Assembly (NCBI RefSeq): GCF_036321535.1
Contig: NC_087437.1
Location: 52,082,001 to 52,146,000, forward strand
Source: Camelus dromedarius
Taxonomy: Eukaryota
Length of the DNA: 64,000 nt
Direction: 5' to 3'
The notes under the pieces were generated by a model. The model was not told the DNA's origin and made no database searches. It saw only the letters and a list, made by a program, of their open reading frames with translations. Position numbers and translations under genes: made by a program. Numbering within the stretch: the stretch's first letter is position 1; the number at the start of each line of letters is the position of its first letter. This document shows positions 1-12,360 of the stretch, piece after piece.

Positions 1-1673
1 AATTTGAAAATGAATGTGTGTGTACACACATTTCTACATTTGGGTTCCTCTGTTTGAAGGCAGTCCAGTCAGTTCAGTTCAAATCAGTGTGCATTTACTG
101 AGCTCTTGTTTATTATGTGTCAGCCCTGTACTGATGCTGAAAACAATGATGAATGCAACACAGTCTTCGCTCTCAGAGTTTATTGTGTAGTTGGGACAGA
201 CATTTAAACAGATAGTTTTCAAGTTATGTGGTAAGAACTAATGTGGTGGTCTACATAGGGAATAGCCAGTCACTTAACAAAATCCTGCCTTAAAGGCAGT
301 TGTGAAATGCAAAAAAAAAAAAAAAAGGCAAGAAAAGAAAAAGAAAATATCTTTGGGATCTACAGCCAATCTGAGAAGATACTGGATAGATTGAATTAGC
401 CTATCAGCAAGTATTGGAAGCCCCAAGCAGCAGAACTTAGTGAGATAATCACCCAACCTCTGGTCAGGTCTGTGTCATAAAGCTCTTAATTTGGGAAAAA
501 TTTCCTTTGTCTATATATAATTCCTCCTTCTATAACTGAAGCCTCTTACTAGTAAAAATAGGAATGTTATTTACTGTCATTATAATCCCCAGCTCGTTCC
601 CTCTGGAGTCCAGAGATTCCCACCCGTGGCTCTTGGTGAGCTGCACCTGGGTTACAGATGTGGTTGGATCCTCAGCTCTTAGGGGTGGCTTTTAGGGCAC
701 TCCGAGTCCCTTGTAATCAATCTTATTTCACTCTGATGGGCCAGGCAAATATTTTCATTTTCTCTGCTCCGTAACGTGAGAAAAACTGTTGCTTTAGACC
801 ATTAACTTTTCTTCAGAAGGTTAGTTTCCCAAGCAATCATTTTTGTATCTTATTAACCATATTCCAGTTCTGTATATGAGGAGCTTTAGTTGAGGAATTC
901 TGAAGAGAAGATAGGACTCCCAGAAGGAACTGACTTCTTTTGAAGATAAAGAGAAAGTGATTCTTGGATCCCCAATACACAGCAGTTGATTTTCTGAATA
1001 GTTCCTTTTGGCCACTGGTGGTTGAATGTCCACCACGATAAAGCTAGTACTCTACTGACGCAGCTTTTGTGTCCTCATTGTGAATAGTGGGCTTTGTGAA
1101 GAGCTGGCTTACAAGACAAATGGACCATAAATATTGTATATCCTCCTATTTATCCACTTACTTGTTTTAACAACAACTAAATAATTAGCCCTTGCTACAT
1201 GCAAGACACTGTTGTAGGCTTTGAGAATTTACTGGTGAGAATGTACCTTGTACCTACCCTCACAGAATTCTCTAGTCTTTTAGAGAAGATGTGTAACGAA
1301 AGAAGTAATTAAAACACAATGTGATTGGTGCTATAAGGGAAGTATAGTAGGGACAGTTGTTGAGACTGGAAGATGGTTTATTATATATAGTTACTCATGG
1401 ATAATGTTGTTTAAACTGAACTAAGTCATCTTTGTTTCTTTTCGAGCAACAGAACATCTTTGAGTGTGATTCAGAGGAGCCTCCACTGAATATTATTTCC
1501 TTAATTATTCAATGTAAACTTAGAAATATTGTGATTTAGAATGTCTCTGATGTAATTCACAATTTTATCTGACCAAAAAGTGGTCTTGGTTTTAAGGTAA
1601 CATACTTTTTGCCTGTATCCTTAATTATAGATGTGATTAAATAATGCCATTCTCTTGCCTTTTTTGTTTTCAG

Positions 1674-1821
1674 AGAAGGTATTCACATAAATCAAGAATC
1701 GCTGCAGATCTCTCCCTGTATCACAGAGCAGTTCATTGAGCTGTTGTGTCAGTTCAGCCCAAACCAGGTTATAGACACGCTGCAAGTCCTTGAGTGCTAC
1801 CGCCTGGAAGAAACCGTCCAG
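1674..1821 (+). CDS. VPS8: VPS8 coding exon (1st in window, 148 nt)
   Basis: Polypyrimidine tract plus ttttcag|A acceptor; encodes EGIHINQESLQISPCITEQFIELLCQFSPNQVIDTLQVLECYRLEETVQ; donor CAG|gtaaga. Confidence 0.96.
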
Positions 1822-1884
1822 GTAAGACCCCTGATGTGGAGGAGGCAAGAGTGAAATTTTCTTCATCATTCATCGTTGTATAAA

Positions 1885-2005
1885 TGACCAAAGGGAGACT
1901 CATATTAAATTACCTGCCTAAATTTATACCTAGTAAGTGCTAGCACCTGAGATTAAACCCAGATAGTCTGACTCCATAGTGCATGCTCTCCATTGCTGTG
2001 ATAAA
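1885..2005 (-). mobile_element. MIR SINE fragment
   Basis: Reverse complement of the MIR core (tagtaagtgctagcacctgagattaaacccagatagtctgactcc). Confidence 0.6.
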
Positions 2006-2479
2006 TTGCTTCTCCATTTATTCCAGTAAAATCAGAAACATGTCCATCATTGTTATTAATCAAGTTTCACAGATATTCTAGCCAACATGATTAACATAGA
2101 GAGAGGAATACCATAAAAATATTAAAAAAAAAAAAAAAAAGCTCTTATTTGCAGGCACTGATGATTAGATAGTCCTGTTGCGCCGTTAAGACTTACCAGG
2201 CTAGATGGCAATTCAGTAGCCTTAGCACAGGCATTGCCTTGATCCTCTTTTCCTTGTTTCCTCCTGTTTCCAAATGAAAATGAATGTGTGTGTACACACA
2301 CACGTACTTATGTGTATATGCATATACATATAAACTCTAATCTAAGAGGCTAGTACGTTCCCTGTTTAAAATTTGTTTTTAAGTTACCATCAAGTCTCCT
2401 TTCCTTTGTTATCAATACTCGTGAAACGGTAACCTGTGTTTTCCACATCCACCTCCTGAACTGCCCACACACCCAAAAA

Positions 2480-4600
2480 ATTTTAAATTATGAAATGTTT
2501 CAAATATATAAAAATGTACAGAATATCAGATACGTGTGTATCCACCAACCCAATTTTATAGATGTTAACATTTTGCTATACTGGCTTCTATCTTTGTTGT
2601 TTTGTTGTTTGTTTTAGAAATAAAGCACCCTTTATCAGTCATGTCTCCCCTGAGCTTACCACCAACCTGAAAATGGGCAGTTTATCCTTCCCATCCATGT
2701 TTTTTATTTTTCCTATGTATGTATTTACCTATAGAACACACGATACAGTTTTATATATTTTTAAAATTTGTGTTAATGGTATCATACCATATATATCCTA
2801 ATGCAAATTATTTTTTATTACTTTTTTATCTGTCAATTTTTTATGTGTAGATCTAGTTCATTCATTTTAATCTTCATACAGTAGTCTATTGACTGACCAT
2901 GCCACAGTTTATATATGTTCTTATTCATAGACTTTCACATTGTTTTCAATCTTTTTGCCATTATAAACAACGCTGTATTGGACATCTTTGTACATATCTT
3001 CCATGTACTCATGTGAGATTTCTCTGAGTAATATACCTTAATATACCTGGAAGTGGAATTCTCTAGACAATAAAGTAGCTTAATTCCACTGATTTTTGCC
3101 AAATTGATTTCTTATTTGTTACCATTCTCATCATCAAGTGTTTTTAGTTTGCTGTTTTTCCACATTGTTGCTGATTCCTAATATTTTTAGACTTAATTCT
3201 TTTTTCTTATTTGATAGAGTATGACCCATAGCCCTTGTTGTTTTAGACTTCTTAATTTTTGCCAGTGTGATGGTTACTCACAACACTGCATATCTTTCCA
3301 TATGTTTAATGACACTTTGGATTTTCTTTTCCCTGAACTATCTATTCATATTCTTTGCCCATTTTCCTATTGAGGGTTTGCCCTTTGTACTGATTTCTAG
3401 AAGTTCTTGCTAATTTCTGGATTTCTAATGCTATATGATTTTATATGCCAGAGGTGCCTTCTTCCAGGCTGTTATGGCATGTTTTTAAATTGGTTTTCAG
3501 TGACTTCTATTTTAATTTATCATTCTTTTCCTTTAAAGTTAAAATTTTATGTGTGTGACTTTTATTTCCATTCCTGCTTTAATAGCATAAAGGATATCCT
3601 CTTGTATGAGTTTTATAGTTCGGCTTTTTACATTTAGGCTTTTAATCTATCTGGAATTTATTTTTGTAAACAGATCAGGAGAGAGATTTATGTATTTTTT
3701 TTCCATGTGGATGACTAATGGTCCACATGTCATTTTATTGTCCTTTCTTTACTTATTTTAGTGCCTTACTGCCATACACCAACTCCCAAATATACATAGA
3801 TGTTTTTGTGGATTCTGTTCTGTTCCTTTGGTCATTTGTCTTTCTTTATGCCGGTACCACATATTTTAATGAATATAGCTTTAAAATAAGGTTTATTAGT
3901 TGAAAGAAGATTCTTCCCTCGTCATTCTTTTTCTTTAAAACTCTTTGGCTACTCCTGGCTTCTTACTATTTCATATCAATTTAGAAATCACATTGTCACA
4001 TTACTTTAAAAATAATACACTTTGGGGATTTTGATGAAAAAATACATTGAATTTTTAGATTAATTCAGGGAGGGTTGACATTTTATGGTACTGTTTTCAC
4101 ATTCAGGAACATGATTGCCTTTTGAAAATGCCTTTTATGCTCTTTGGTGAGGCTTTATTACTTTATGTAATTTACATAAGTCTCTTGCATATTTTCTTAT
4201 ATTTGTTCCCAGATACTTATACTTCTTGTTAACATTGTGAAAGGAAATTTTTTGAAATAACTTTTTTTATTAATTACTGTTGGTATATATTATTAATTTT
4301 TGTATGTTGTTTTATATCTTGCAACCAGGCTGAATCCGTTTATCATTCAAATAGTTTCTAGATTTTTTATGACCGTATTTCCTGAGAACCATGGTAGTTT
4401 TTTTTCTTTCCAATCTTATGCTTTTTTTCATTCCCTTATCAGATGTCTAGGAGCTCTGGGGTATTATTGAATAGAGGCAATGATAGTGTACATTCTCATT
4501 CCTGATGTAAAAGGGAAAGTGTCTAACATTTTATATTAAATATGGTTTTTATTATAGGATTTTGATAGATAATTTTTATTAAATTAAAAAAGTTCCATTC
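2480..4600 (-). mobile_element. Ancient L1 (L1ME-type) 3' UTR/ORF2 relic
   Basis: T-rich, degenerate antisense L1 motifs (ggaagtggaatt, ttctttgcccattttcctattg, tattgaatagaggcaatgatag); no open frame. Confidence 0.7.
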
Positions 4601-4999
4601 TTTTTTTTTTTGAGACCCCACAAGCTAATGTGTAGTGTTTTCATTGTCATTTTGTTCTAAATATTCTGTGTATAGTTATACTTGTCAGTTTCTGGTATGT
4701 ATTGTTACTATTTATATATTCATTTTACCTTTTGTGCAATGGATACACCTAATTCAGGTGCATAACAACTTTTTAAATAAATAGTGAAAAACAAAAAAGA
4801 ATGACCTTGGTTCAGTTAGAGACCCAAATGGGCCACTCCAAGACTAGAAAGTCAAATGTTTGCATATTATACTGTAAAGAAGCATACTACTAGGGTTTGA
4901 ATTCATTATTTATTATCAAAGTTTTTTTTTAAATTCTTAATAGGATCTTCTGACTCCATGAACAAGATTTGTGAAGGTTTATCTTTTCTTTTTTCCTAG

Positions 5000-5089
5000 A
5001 TTACCCAGAAGTATCAACTTCATGAAGTCACTGCTTATCTATTAGAAAAGAAAGGAGATATTCATGGTGCCTTCTTAATAATGCTAGAG
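5000..5089 (+). CDS. VPS8: VPS8 coding exon (2nd, 90 nt)
   Basis: ttttcctag|ATT acceptor; ITQKYQLHEVTAYLLEKKGDIHGAFLIMLE; donor GAG|gtaaca; phase 0-0. Confidence 0.96.
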
Positions 5090-5299
5090 GTAACATTTTA
5101 CTCTGTATGCTTTGTCATGTTTCTGTCTAGCCCTCTGTCCACTTATCAATCCATTTTTTTTATTGGACATATAACATGGTGTAAGTTTTCATCAATCCAT
5201 CTTAATTTCTTATGTTTCAAAGTAATTGCAGACAATAGTACATTTTATCTGTAAATATTTTTATCACATGTGTCATTGACTAGAGTTGATCTTCCTTTG

Positions 5300-5975
5300 T
5301 GGCATTTTTTAAGGTAAAATAAACATACACAATGCAAAGTTTTAAATGTGCTGTTTATTGAGTTTTAACAAATATATACATCTGTGTAACCCTAGTCCCC
5401 AACAAGATAGAGAACATTACCTTCAACTCAGAAAGTTCCTTCACAGTCAGCCCCCGCTTACATCCCCCTAGAGATAACTACTCTTCTGGTTTTTTTCATT
5501 GTGGGTGAGTTTTGCCTGTTTTATTCATTCATATTAATGGATCAGTAGATACTCTAATATGATTCTTCTTTCATTCAGCATAATGTTTTTGAGGTTTATC
5601 TCTGTTATTGCATGTGTCAGTAGTTTGTGCCTTTTATTGCTGAGTACTGTTTAATTGTAGGAATCTACCACATTTTATCCATTCTCCTGTTGATTGACAC
5701 CTGAGCTGTTTCTAGGTTTTGACTATTATGAGTAAAGTTGCTGTGACCACTCTTGTACAAAAATGTTTTCCTTTCCCTGGAGTCAATACCAAGTTGTGGA
5801 ATTGGTCTATCACAGGATAGGCATAGGTTTGCTTTTATAAGAAATTAGCAGCCATTTTTTCCAAAGTGATTGTGGCATTTTACATTCCACCAATGATGCA
5901 GGAGAGTTTTGATTGCTTCACATTCCCACCAACAGTTGGTGTCCTATCAATTTTTCCAAAAAAAAATTTTCCCAT
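5300..5975 (-). mobile_element. Old L1 (L1MC/ME-type) 3' end
   Basis: Antisense L1 3' UTR motifs (tgagttttaacaaatatatac, tttattgctgagta, ttttacattccaccaa). Confidence 0.7.
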
Positions 5976-5979
5976 TCTT

Positions 5980-6656
5980 TTACTTGTTGTAAAATAGCAT
6001 AAAATTTACCATTTCAATGGCATTAAACATATTCACATTGTTTTGCAGCCATCACCACCATCCATCTCCCAGTCTTTTTGAACTTCCCAAACTCATTAGA
6101 TAATTACTCCCCATTCTTCCCAGCCACCCAGCCCCTGGCAACCACCATTCTACTTTAGACTCTATGAATTTGATTACTCTAGATACTTCATATAAGAGGA
6201 GTCAAACAATATTTGTTCTTTTTGTGTCCAGCTTATTGCACTATATAACCATAAGATCTTCAAGATTTATCCATGTTGTGGCACATATCAAAATTTCATT
6301 CATTTTAAAGGCTGAATAATACTCCATTTTATGTATATGCCGCATTTTGTTTTTCCATTCATTCATCCATTGATACTTGGGTTGCTTCCACCTTTTGACT
6401 ATTGTGAATAATGCTGTTATGAACATGGGTGTGCAAATGAATTTTTGAGTCCTTACTTTCAATTCTTTGGAATATATACTGAGAAATGAGATTGCTGGAT
6501 GAAATGGTAATTCTATTTTTAATTATTTGAGGAACACTGTATCATTTTCCATAATGTCTGTATCATTTTACATTCTCATCTGCAGTGCACCAGGGTTTTA
6601 GCTTCTCCACATCCTCACCAACACTTGTTGTTTTCTTGATGGCAGCCATCCTAATG
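5980..6656 (-). mobile_element. L1MB-type 3' end, copy A
   Basis: attcacattgttttgcagccatcaccaccatccatctcc signature; antisense ORF 6241..6462 reads like the L1 ORF2 C-terminus (CTPMFITALFTIVKRWKQPK). Confidence 0.85.
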
Positions 6657-6929
6657 TGTTATGGATGTGTTACATACCAGTTTTTCAAACATTGTCATCT
6701 AGCTAGGAATAGATTAGGGATGTCCTATTTATAACTTTAAAAAATGGTTCGTATTGGCTTCCTGTCTTTTTCTAGCCTTATAACTGTGAAACAGGCCAGG
6801 AACAATATTCCACAGAGGATTTGTGTAGGCACTTAACCTCTTTTAATCTCTAAGTTACCCCAACCTCTCTTTTTCTTCTTGCAATTTATTTGTTAATGAT
6901 ATCATGAACCTAATTTTAAAGGATAAGTA

Positions 6930-7590
6930 AAAGTATTCCTGGTATGGATAGGAAATGGAGAAGCGGGAGATCCTCACAGGGAATAAGATGACCATTTGCA
7001 AAGGCATAGGAATATGAAGAAATATGAGCTTCTAGGAGAGGAACCAGTAGCCTTGCTAGGGCTCAACTATCAATGTATAGGCGGGTCAGGCTAGAAACAA
7101 AGGCTAGATCCAGATTTGGAAAGATTTTGTAAAACATGCTGTAAAGAATTAGAACTGATAATGATTTCACAAAGGATCAACTAAAGGTTTTTAAACAAGG
7201 AACTGATGTGATACTGTTTGCTTCATAAAGACTGCTCTGCTGACTCTAGGAGAATCTATGAGAGAGGGGTAGAGAAGGGGAAGGTAATACCGGAAGCAGA
7301 GAGCACTTGGCGGTGTGTGGCAGTAGTACAGGTGTGACTCCATGAGGGCTTGAGCTGGGTATGGCAGTAGTCGTGGAGTGAGAGGAGGTGGATTTGAGAA
7401 CTTACTGATCATTTGGATATGGTATGGGGTGAATGACAGTGAGTTAATGATATTCTGAATTTTAGCTTAACATTAGCCTGTAGGGGACCTCAGGGAAAGG
7501 AGCAAATTCGGGGCAGAAGGGATAGATTAAGATCAGCTTCAGTTTGTATTAAGAAGCCCTTGGAACATCAGTTAAGGGTGTCTAAGAATC
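6930..7590 (-). mobile_element. L2 fragment
   Basis: Purine-rich degenerate L2 antisense motifs (aaaggtttttaaacaaggaactgatgtgat, gatcatttggatatgg). Confidence 0.6.
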
Positions 7591-8027
7591 CAGAATTCAG
7601 TAGAGCAGTGGCTACTACAACTGCATACTTGGGAGATGCCACACTCAAGGCTGTGCCCTATGCTGTGGCGATAGACTTGTCATCTCCTTTTTATTCCCAC
7701 TCATCCCTTTTTCTCATAACCCAGTATGAATTTTATTCCCTTATTCCAAGTTTGGATTAATCCTAATTTTCATTACTTTGCCTGAAGATTATCATTATTA
7801 ACTATGTGGTGATACAACAGAAGCCAAAGTGGCACACAGTGAGTGATATTTGGTATTTTGGGTCAGTTCCAGTACCACTGGTGATGCTCTCTATATACAG
7901 AACAATTCTCATCTAAATTACAGAGATCACTCTTAATAACCTTGTTGTTTCTTGGGTTTTACCTTTAAAATATGTTAATTCAGATTTTGGTGGATTAGAA
8001 ATATAAAGTGTTCTTTTTATCTCCTAG

Positions 8028-8070
8028 AGACTACAAAGCAAACTTCAAGAGATAACACATCAAGATGAAA
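8028..8070 (+). CDS. VPS8: VPS8 coding exon (3rd, 43 nt)
   Basis: ctcctag|AGA acceptor; RLQSKLQEITHQDE plus 1 nt; donor AAA|gtaagt. Confidence 0.94.
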
Positions 8071-8579
8071 GTAAGTTCTGGAGTGTAATTTACAATTTCT
8101 TTTCCCATGGGCCTCATGTTTTAAAAATAGTAAATGATAAACTGTATTTATTAAGTAATAATTACATTGATCTGCATAATTACTATTTATCCACTTTAAT
8201 ATTAATCCCAATTTTATCTTGTTTTCAAGGGCTTAGGGAAGTAATATAAACCATTGTGATTTTGTGGTGCTGTCAGTAGAGGTCATTATATAGAAATTTA
8301 GGTACTCTTCACTGATACTGATTAATTTTTTGGTTATATTTCTGTATACTTATGTTTTGGTTATTATAAATGAGGTACATGCTAACATCCTAAAAATTAC
8401 TATAATGGGGTGAACAACAGCAAAGTGGGCTTCTAATCAGTAAGTAACAGCCAGTTTTTCTGTATTGAATTTATATAATTTTAGCACAAAGCAATAAAAT
8501 TTGACAGTTTAGGATCTTAAATGGCTTTGTCATAGATAGACATATAATTTCCATTATATTCCTTGATACTAAAAAAATT

Positions 8580-9785
8580 ATTTATTTTGTAAAATTGTAG
8601 TACGATATATATAACATAAAATTCACTATTTTAACCATTTCTAAATGTACAGTTCAGTGGCAGTAAGTACATTCACATTGTTGTGCAACCATCACCACCA
8701 TCCATCTCCAGAACTTTTTAACTTCCCAAACTAAAACTGTGTGCCCATGAGACAGTTACTGCCCATTCCCTCTTCCCAGCTCAACTCTATTAACCACCAT
8801 TCTACTTTCTGACTCGATGAATTTGATTCCTCTACGTATATCGTATAAGTGAAATCAAACAGTATTTGTCCTTTTTTGTCTAACTTACTGCATTTAGTAT
8901 TGTGTCTTCAAGATTTATCCATGTTGTGGTACATGTCAGAATTTCATTCTTTTTTTTTTATTGAAGTATATACTCAGTTTACAATATTGTATCAATTTCT
9001 GGTGTACAGCATAATGTTTCAGTCATATGTATACACACATATATTCTTTTTCATATTCTTTTTCATAATAGGTTACTACAAGATACTGAGTACAGTTCCC
9101 TGTGCTATACAGAACTATATATAGAGTAGTTAGTATCTGCAAATCTCAAACTCCCAATTTACCCTTCCCACCCCTTGGTAACCATGAGTTTGTTTTCTGT
9201 GTCTGTGAGTCTTTTTCTGTTTTGTAAATAAATTTATTTTTGCAAATGAATTTCATTCATTTTTAAGGTTGAATAATGTTCCATTTTATATGTATACCAC
9301 ATTTTGTTTTTCTATTCATTCATCCATGGACACTTGGGTTGCTTCCACCTTTTGACTTTTGTGAATAATGCTGTTATGAACATGAATGTGCAAATATCTT
9401 TTTGAGTCCCTGCTTTCAATTCTTCTGGGTATATACTGAGAAGTGGGATTGCTGGATGAAATGGTAATTCTATTTTTAATTTTTTGAGGAACCACCATAT
9501 ATCATTTTCCATAATGCTGTATCATTTTACATTCTCACCAGCAATGCACAAACGGTTTCAAGGCTCTACATCTTCATTAACACTTGTTATATTCTGTTTT
9601 TTTGATAGTAGCCAGGCTGATGGGTGTGAGGTAGCATCTCACTGCAGTTTTGATATGCATTTTCCTAATGATTAGTGATGTTGAGCATCTTTTCTTGGGC
9701 TTATTGGCCATTTGTATATCTTCTTTGGAGTAATGGCTATTAAAATCCTTTGCCCACTTTTGAATTGGATTATTTGTTTTCCTAT
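8580..9785 (-). mobile_element. L1MB-type 3' end, copy B (interrupted by a younger L1)
   Basis: Same signature as copy A; antisense ORF 9312..9512 ([27 protein letters not shown]) is L1 ORF2-like. Confidence 0.85.
8950..9247 (-). mobile_element. Younger 5'-truncated L1 3' end nested in L1MB copy B
   Basis: Poly-T then attgaagtata...ttctggtgtacagc; target-site duplication GAATTTCATTC at 8939-8949 and 9248-9258; right flank gives a TT/AAAAA endonuclease site on the minus strand. Confidence 0.85.
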
Positions 9786-10289
9786 TACTTGATGTTTCAA
9801 AATAGCCCTTCTAAAGATCAGAGAATCACTTAATAGGTGACTTTTAGATTGTTTTACCTTTTTAACACACTACATATTTCCTGGACTCCTTATCCCACAC
9901 ATTCCCCTAAATACCTTTACCCTAATTCTCTGTAGATTATCTGTTTTTGGAACTTACATAAACACTTGGTTGACTTTTCCATCTTTAGTCCAACTAAACC
10001 TTAATTATTATTTTTGTACTATCAGTATGTGTTCAGTCAATTTGACTGTTAGGTTTGTTGCATGTATTGCATTTTTCTTTTTCAATTTATTGTTATGAGA
10101 ATAATTTCTGCAGACATTACATGAAAGACTGAGGGAAAAGTAAGAAGAATGCTTCCCCAAAATCACTACAGTGATTTACAGGTGATATGTCTGGAGAAGC
10201 CAGTTCCTTGAATTCCATTGAAGATAAATTTCTCAGTAATAGTCCCATAACTACCATTTACTGTCAGGTTCAATTTTGACTGTACGCTT

Positions 10290-11420
10290 AAGAGTTTTGG
10301 AGTATTTGCTAATTGCCAGACACTGTCCTAGTTCCTATGAATTATACACAGATGGCTAACACACAGTCCTCACCCAAAGAACGACAGTCTCTTGAAGGAG
10401 ACAGATATGTAAATTGACTTCTAATGCAGGTAGAATCATCTGTTATAAAAGAGGTACAGTGAGAGTGGCAAAGGATTGTGGAAAATTAGGGAACTCTTTG
10501 TAACTGATGAATCAGAGATACTTCCATGGGAGATGTGACTTTTCAATGTAATTATGACTGGAATGATGAATAGGAGTTTGATAGGCAGAAACAAGGAAAG
10601 AGTCTTCTAGGGTGAGGAGAACATGAGCGTGAAAGCACCCGGCTGGTCACCTTGGGGAGCAGGAAATAATCTGGTGATACAAGAGTGGAAGGTGGGAAGA
10701 TGCACCGGAATGTTTACTGTGTTTACTTAGGGCCAGAGGTTTACTGACCTTCTGTTTTTCAAAAAGTAGATGCCTTTGATGTTTTTTATGAATGGGACTG
10801 ATGTGTTTGGACTTGTATTTAAGAGATCTCTAGTGACAGTATAAAAGGGAATGAGGAAGGCAAGATTTGGAAGTCAAAAGTTCAATTAAGAGGCTGCTGC
10901 AGTAGTGCAGATGAGGTGTTGAAGAGCTCCACCAGAGTAAAAGTAGTGAGTATATGAGAGTATGGAAGTGGAATTAACAAAATTAACAGTTTGTTTGAAT
11001 GTGTGGTTGAAGGACAAGAAAGCATCAGAGATGATGAAAATTTATAAACTGGCTGACTTAAAGGTCATGATTTTGTTAACTTAGTTTGGAAGTGTAGCGG
11101 GGAGGAGCAGATTTGAAGTGAGAAAAATGAGTTGAGTTTTATACATACATATAAATTTCAAGGTGATTGCAGGACATCCATCCATGTAGAAATAGATGTC
11201 CTAGAGTGGGTTGAAATTTCATCCTGTAGATTATGAAAGGAATAAGGGCTGAAGGTGTATATTTGAAAGTTATCAGCATGGACATAGGAGTTAAAACCAT
11301 AGGAATGGCTAAAATTACTGAAAAAATGAAAACAAAAGGGCTTGAGCTAGTATTTTGGAGGAAGACCTACATTTAAGAAATAGGCAGAGGAAGAAATGGT
11401 AGAGCAAGGAAGGTGAAAGA
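10290..11420 (-). mobile_element. L2 fragment
   Basis: gagtatttgctaattgccagacactgtcctag L2 3'-end motif followed by purine-rich L2 body. Confidence 0.65.
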
Positions 11421-11701
11421 TTAACTAATCCACAAACTGGCGCTAGAGGATTTTCTGTTGCTAAAGCATATGAAAATGCTGAGAGTGACGTGCTTTCTGT
11501 GTCCTATGAATGTTGAACATTTGTATGGAAAACTGTTGCAAACTGTTTTTTAATCTAAACCTCAATATCAGATCTTAACAGATGATTATATAATAGAAAC
11601 CTAAGAATATGCAGAGAAAAAAATAGTTTAATTTTGTACAGACACTTTGAGATTATCAATAATGTATCCTTGAGTAATGTTAACAATTTTTTGGAATCTA
11701 G

Positions 11702-11805
11702 GTACCAAAGAGGATTCCTCATTGAAGGATGTTGAGGAGACCATGGTAGAGACAATTGCCCTTTGCCAGAGAAATTCACATAATTTGAATCAGCAGCAAA
11801 GAGAG
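11702..11805 (+). CDS. VPS8: VPS8 coding exon (4th, 104 nt)
   Basis: atctag|GT acceptor completes a Ser codon; TKEDSSLKDVEETMVETIALCQRNSHNLNQQQRE; donor GAG|gtagga. Confidence 0.95.
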
Positions 11806-12194
11806 GTAGGAGAATGACTACAAAGGCTTTTCAAAGTCTGTTTTGGTCTTACACTAGGAATTAATTCTCTTTCTACTGCCCTCTCAGCTACCTGAGTTCA
11901 GTGTGACTGGATTTTAATCACTGTTTAGTGCTCCCCGGAGTATAAGACTCCTAAAGCTATTACAAGGAGCGCCTGTCCTCTTTGTTCTCACAGAGGCTTT
12001 ATATGCTTAGGTTTGGCGTGTGAATACTGGATGTCCTCGTTCTCTCTGGACTGAGATTTGTGTATTCTGTGCAGTGCTGCTGTGGCTGTGTCATCCATTC
12101 ATCATCTCTTGCATTCCCTGGGGTCAAGTGAGCATGAGGAATTGGAGGAAAAGCCTCCAGGGATACAGAGAAAAGGTCAAGAAGGCTGCGATAT

Positions 12195-12360
12195 AGCAGT
12201 TCTCAGCCTTGGCCTCACATTAGAGTCACTTGGGGAGCTTTGAAAAATCCCAGACTGCACCCGAGATCAATTAAATTAAAGTCTCTGGGGCTGGGCCCCA
12301 GTCATCAGTGTTTCAAAGCTTCCCACGTGATTCCACTCCACAGCCAAGGTTGAAACCACG
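12195..12360. mobile_element. MER5A-like hAT-Charlie MITE
   Basis: gcagttctcagccttggc...cacattagagtcacttggggagcttt...cagccaaggttgaaaccac with inverted ends. Confidence 0.8.

Noticed and set aside
1614..1630. U12-like motifs (gtatccttaat here; gtatcctt near 11664; accttaat near 16568)
   Set aside because: All donors used in the window are ordinary U2-type GT sites, none is GTATCCTT; the matches look incidental.
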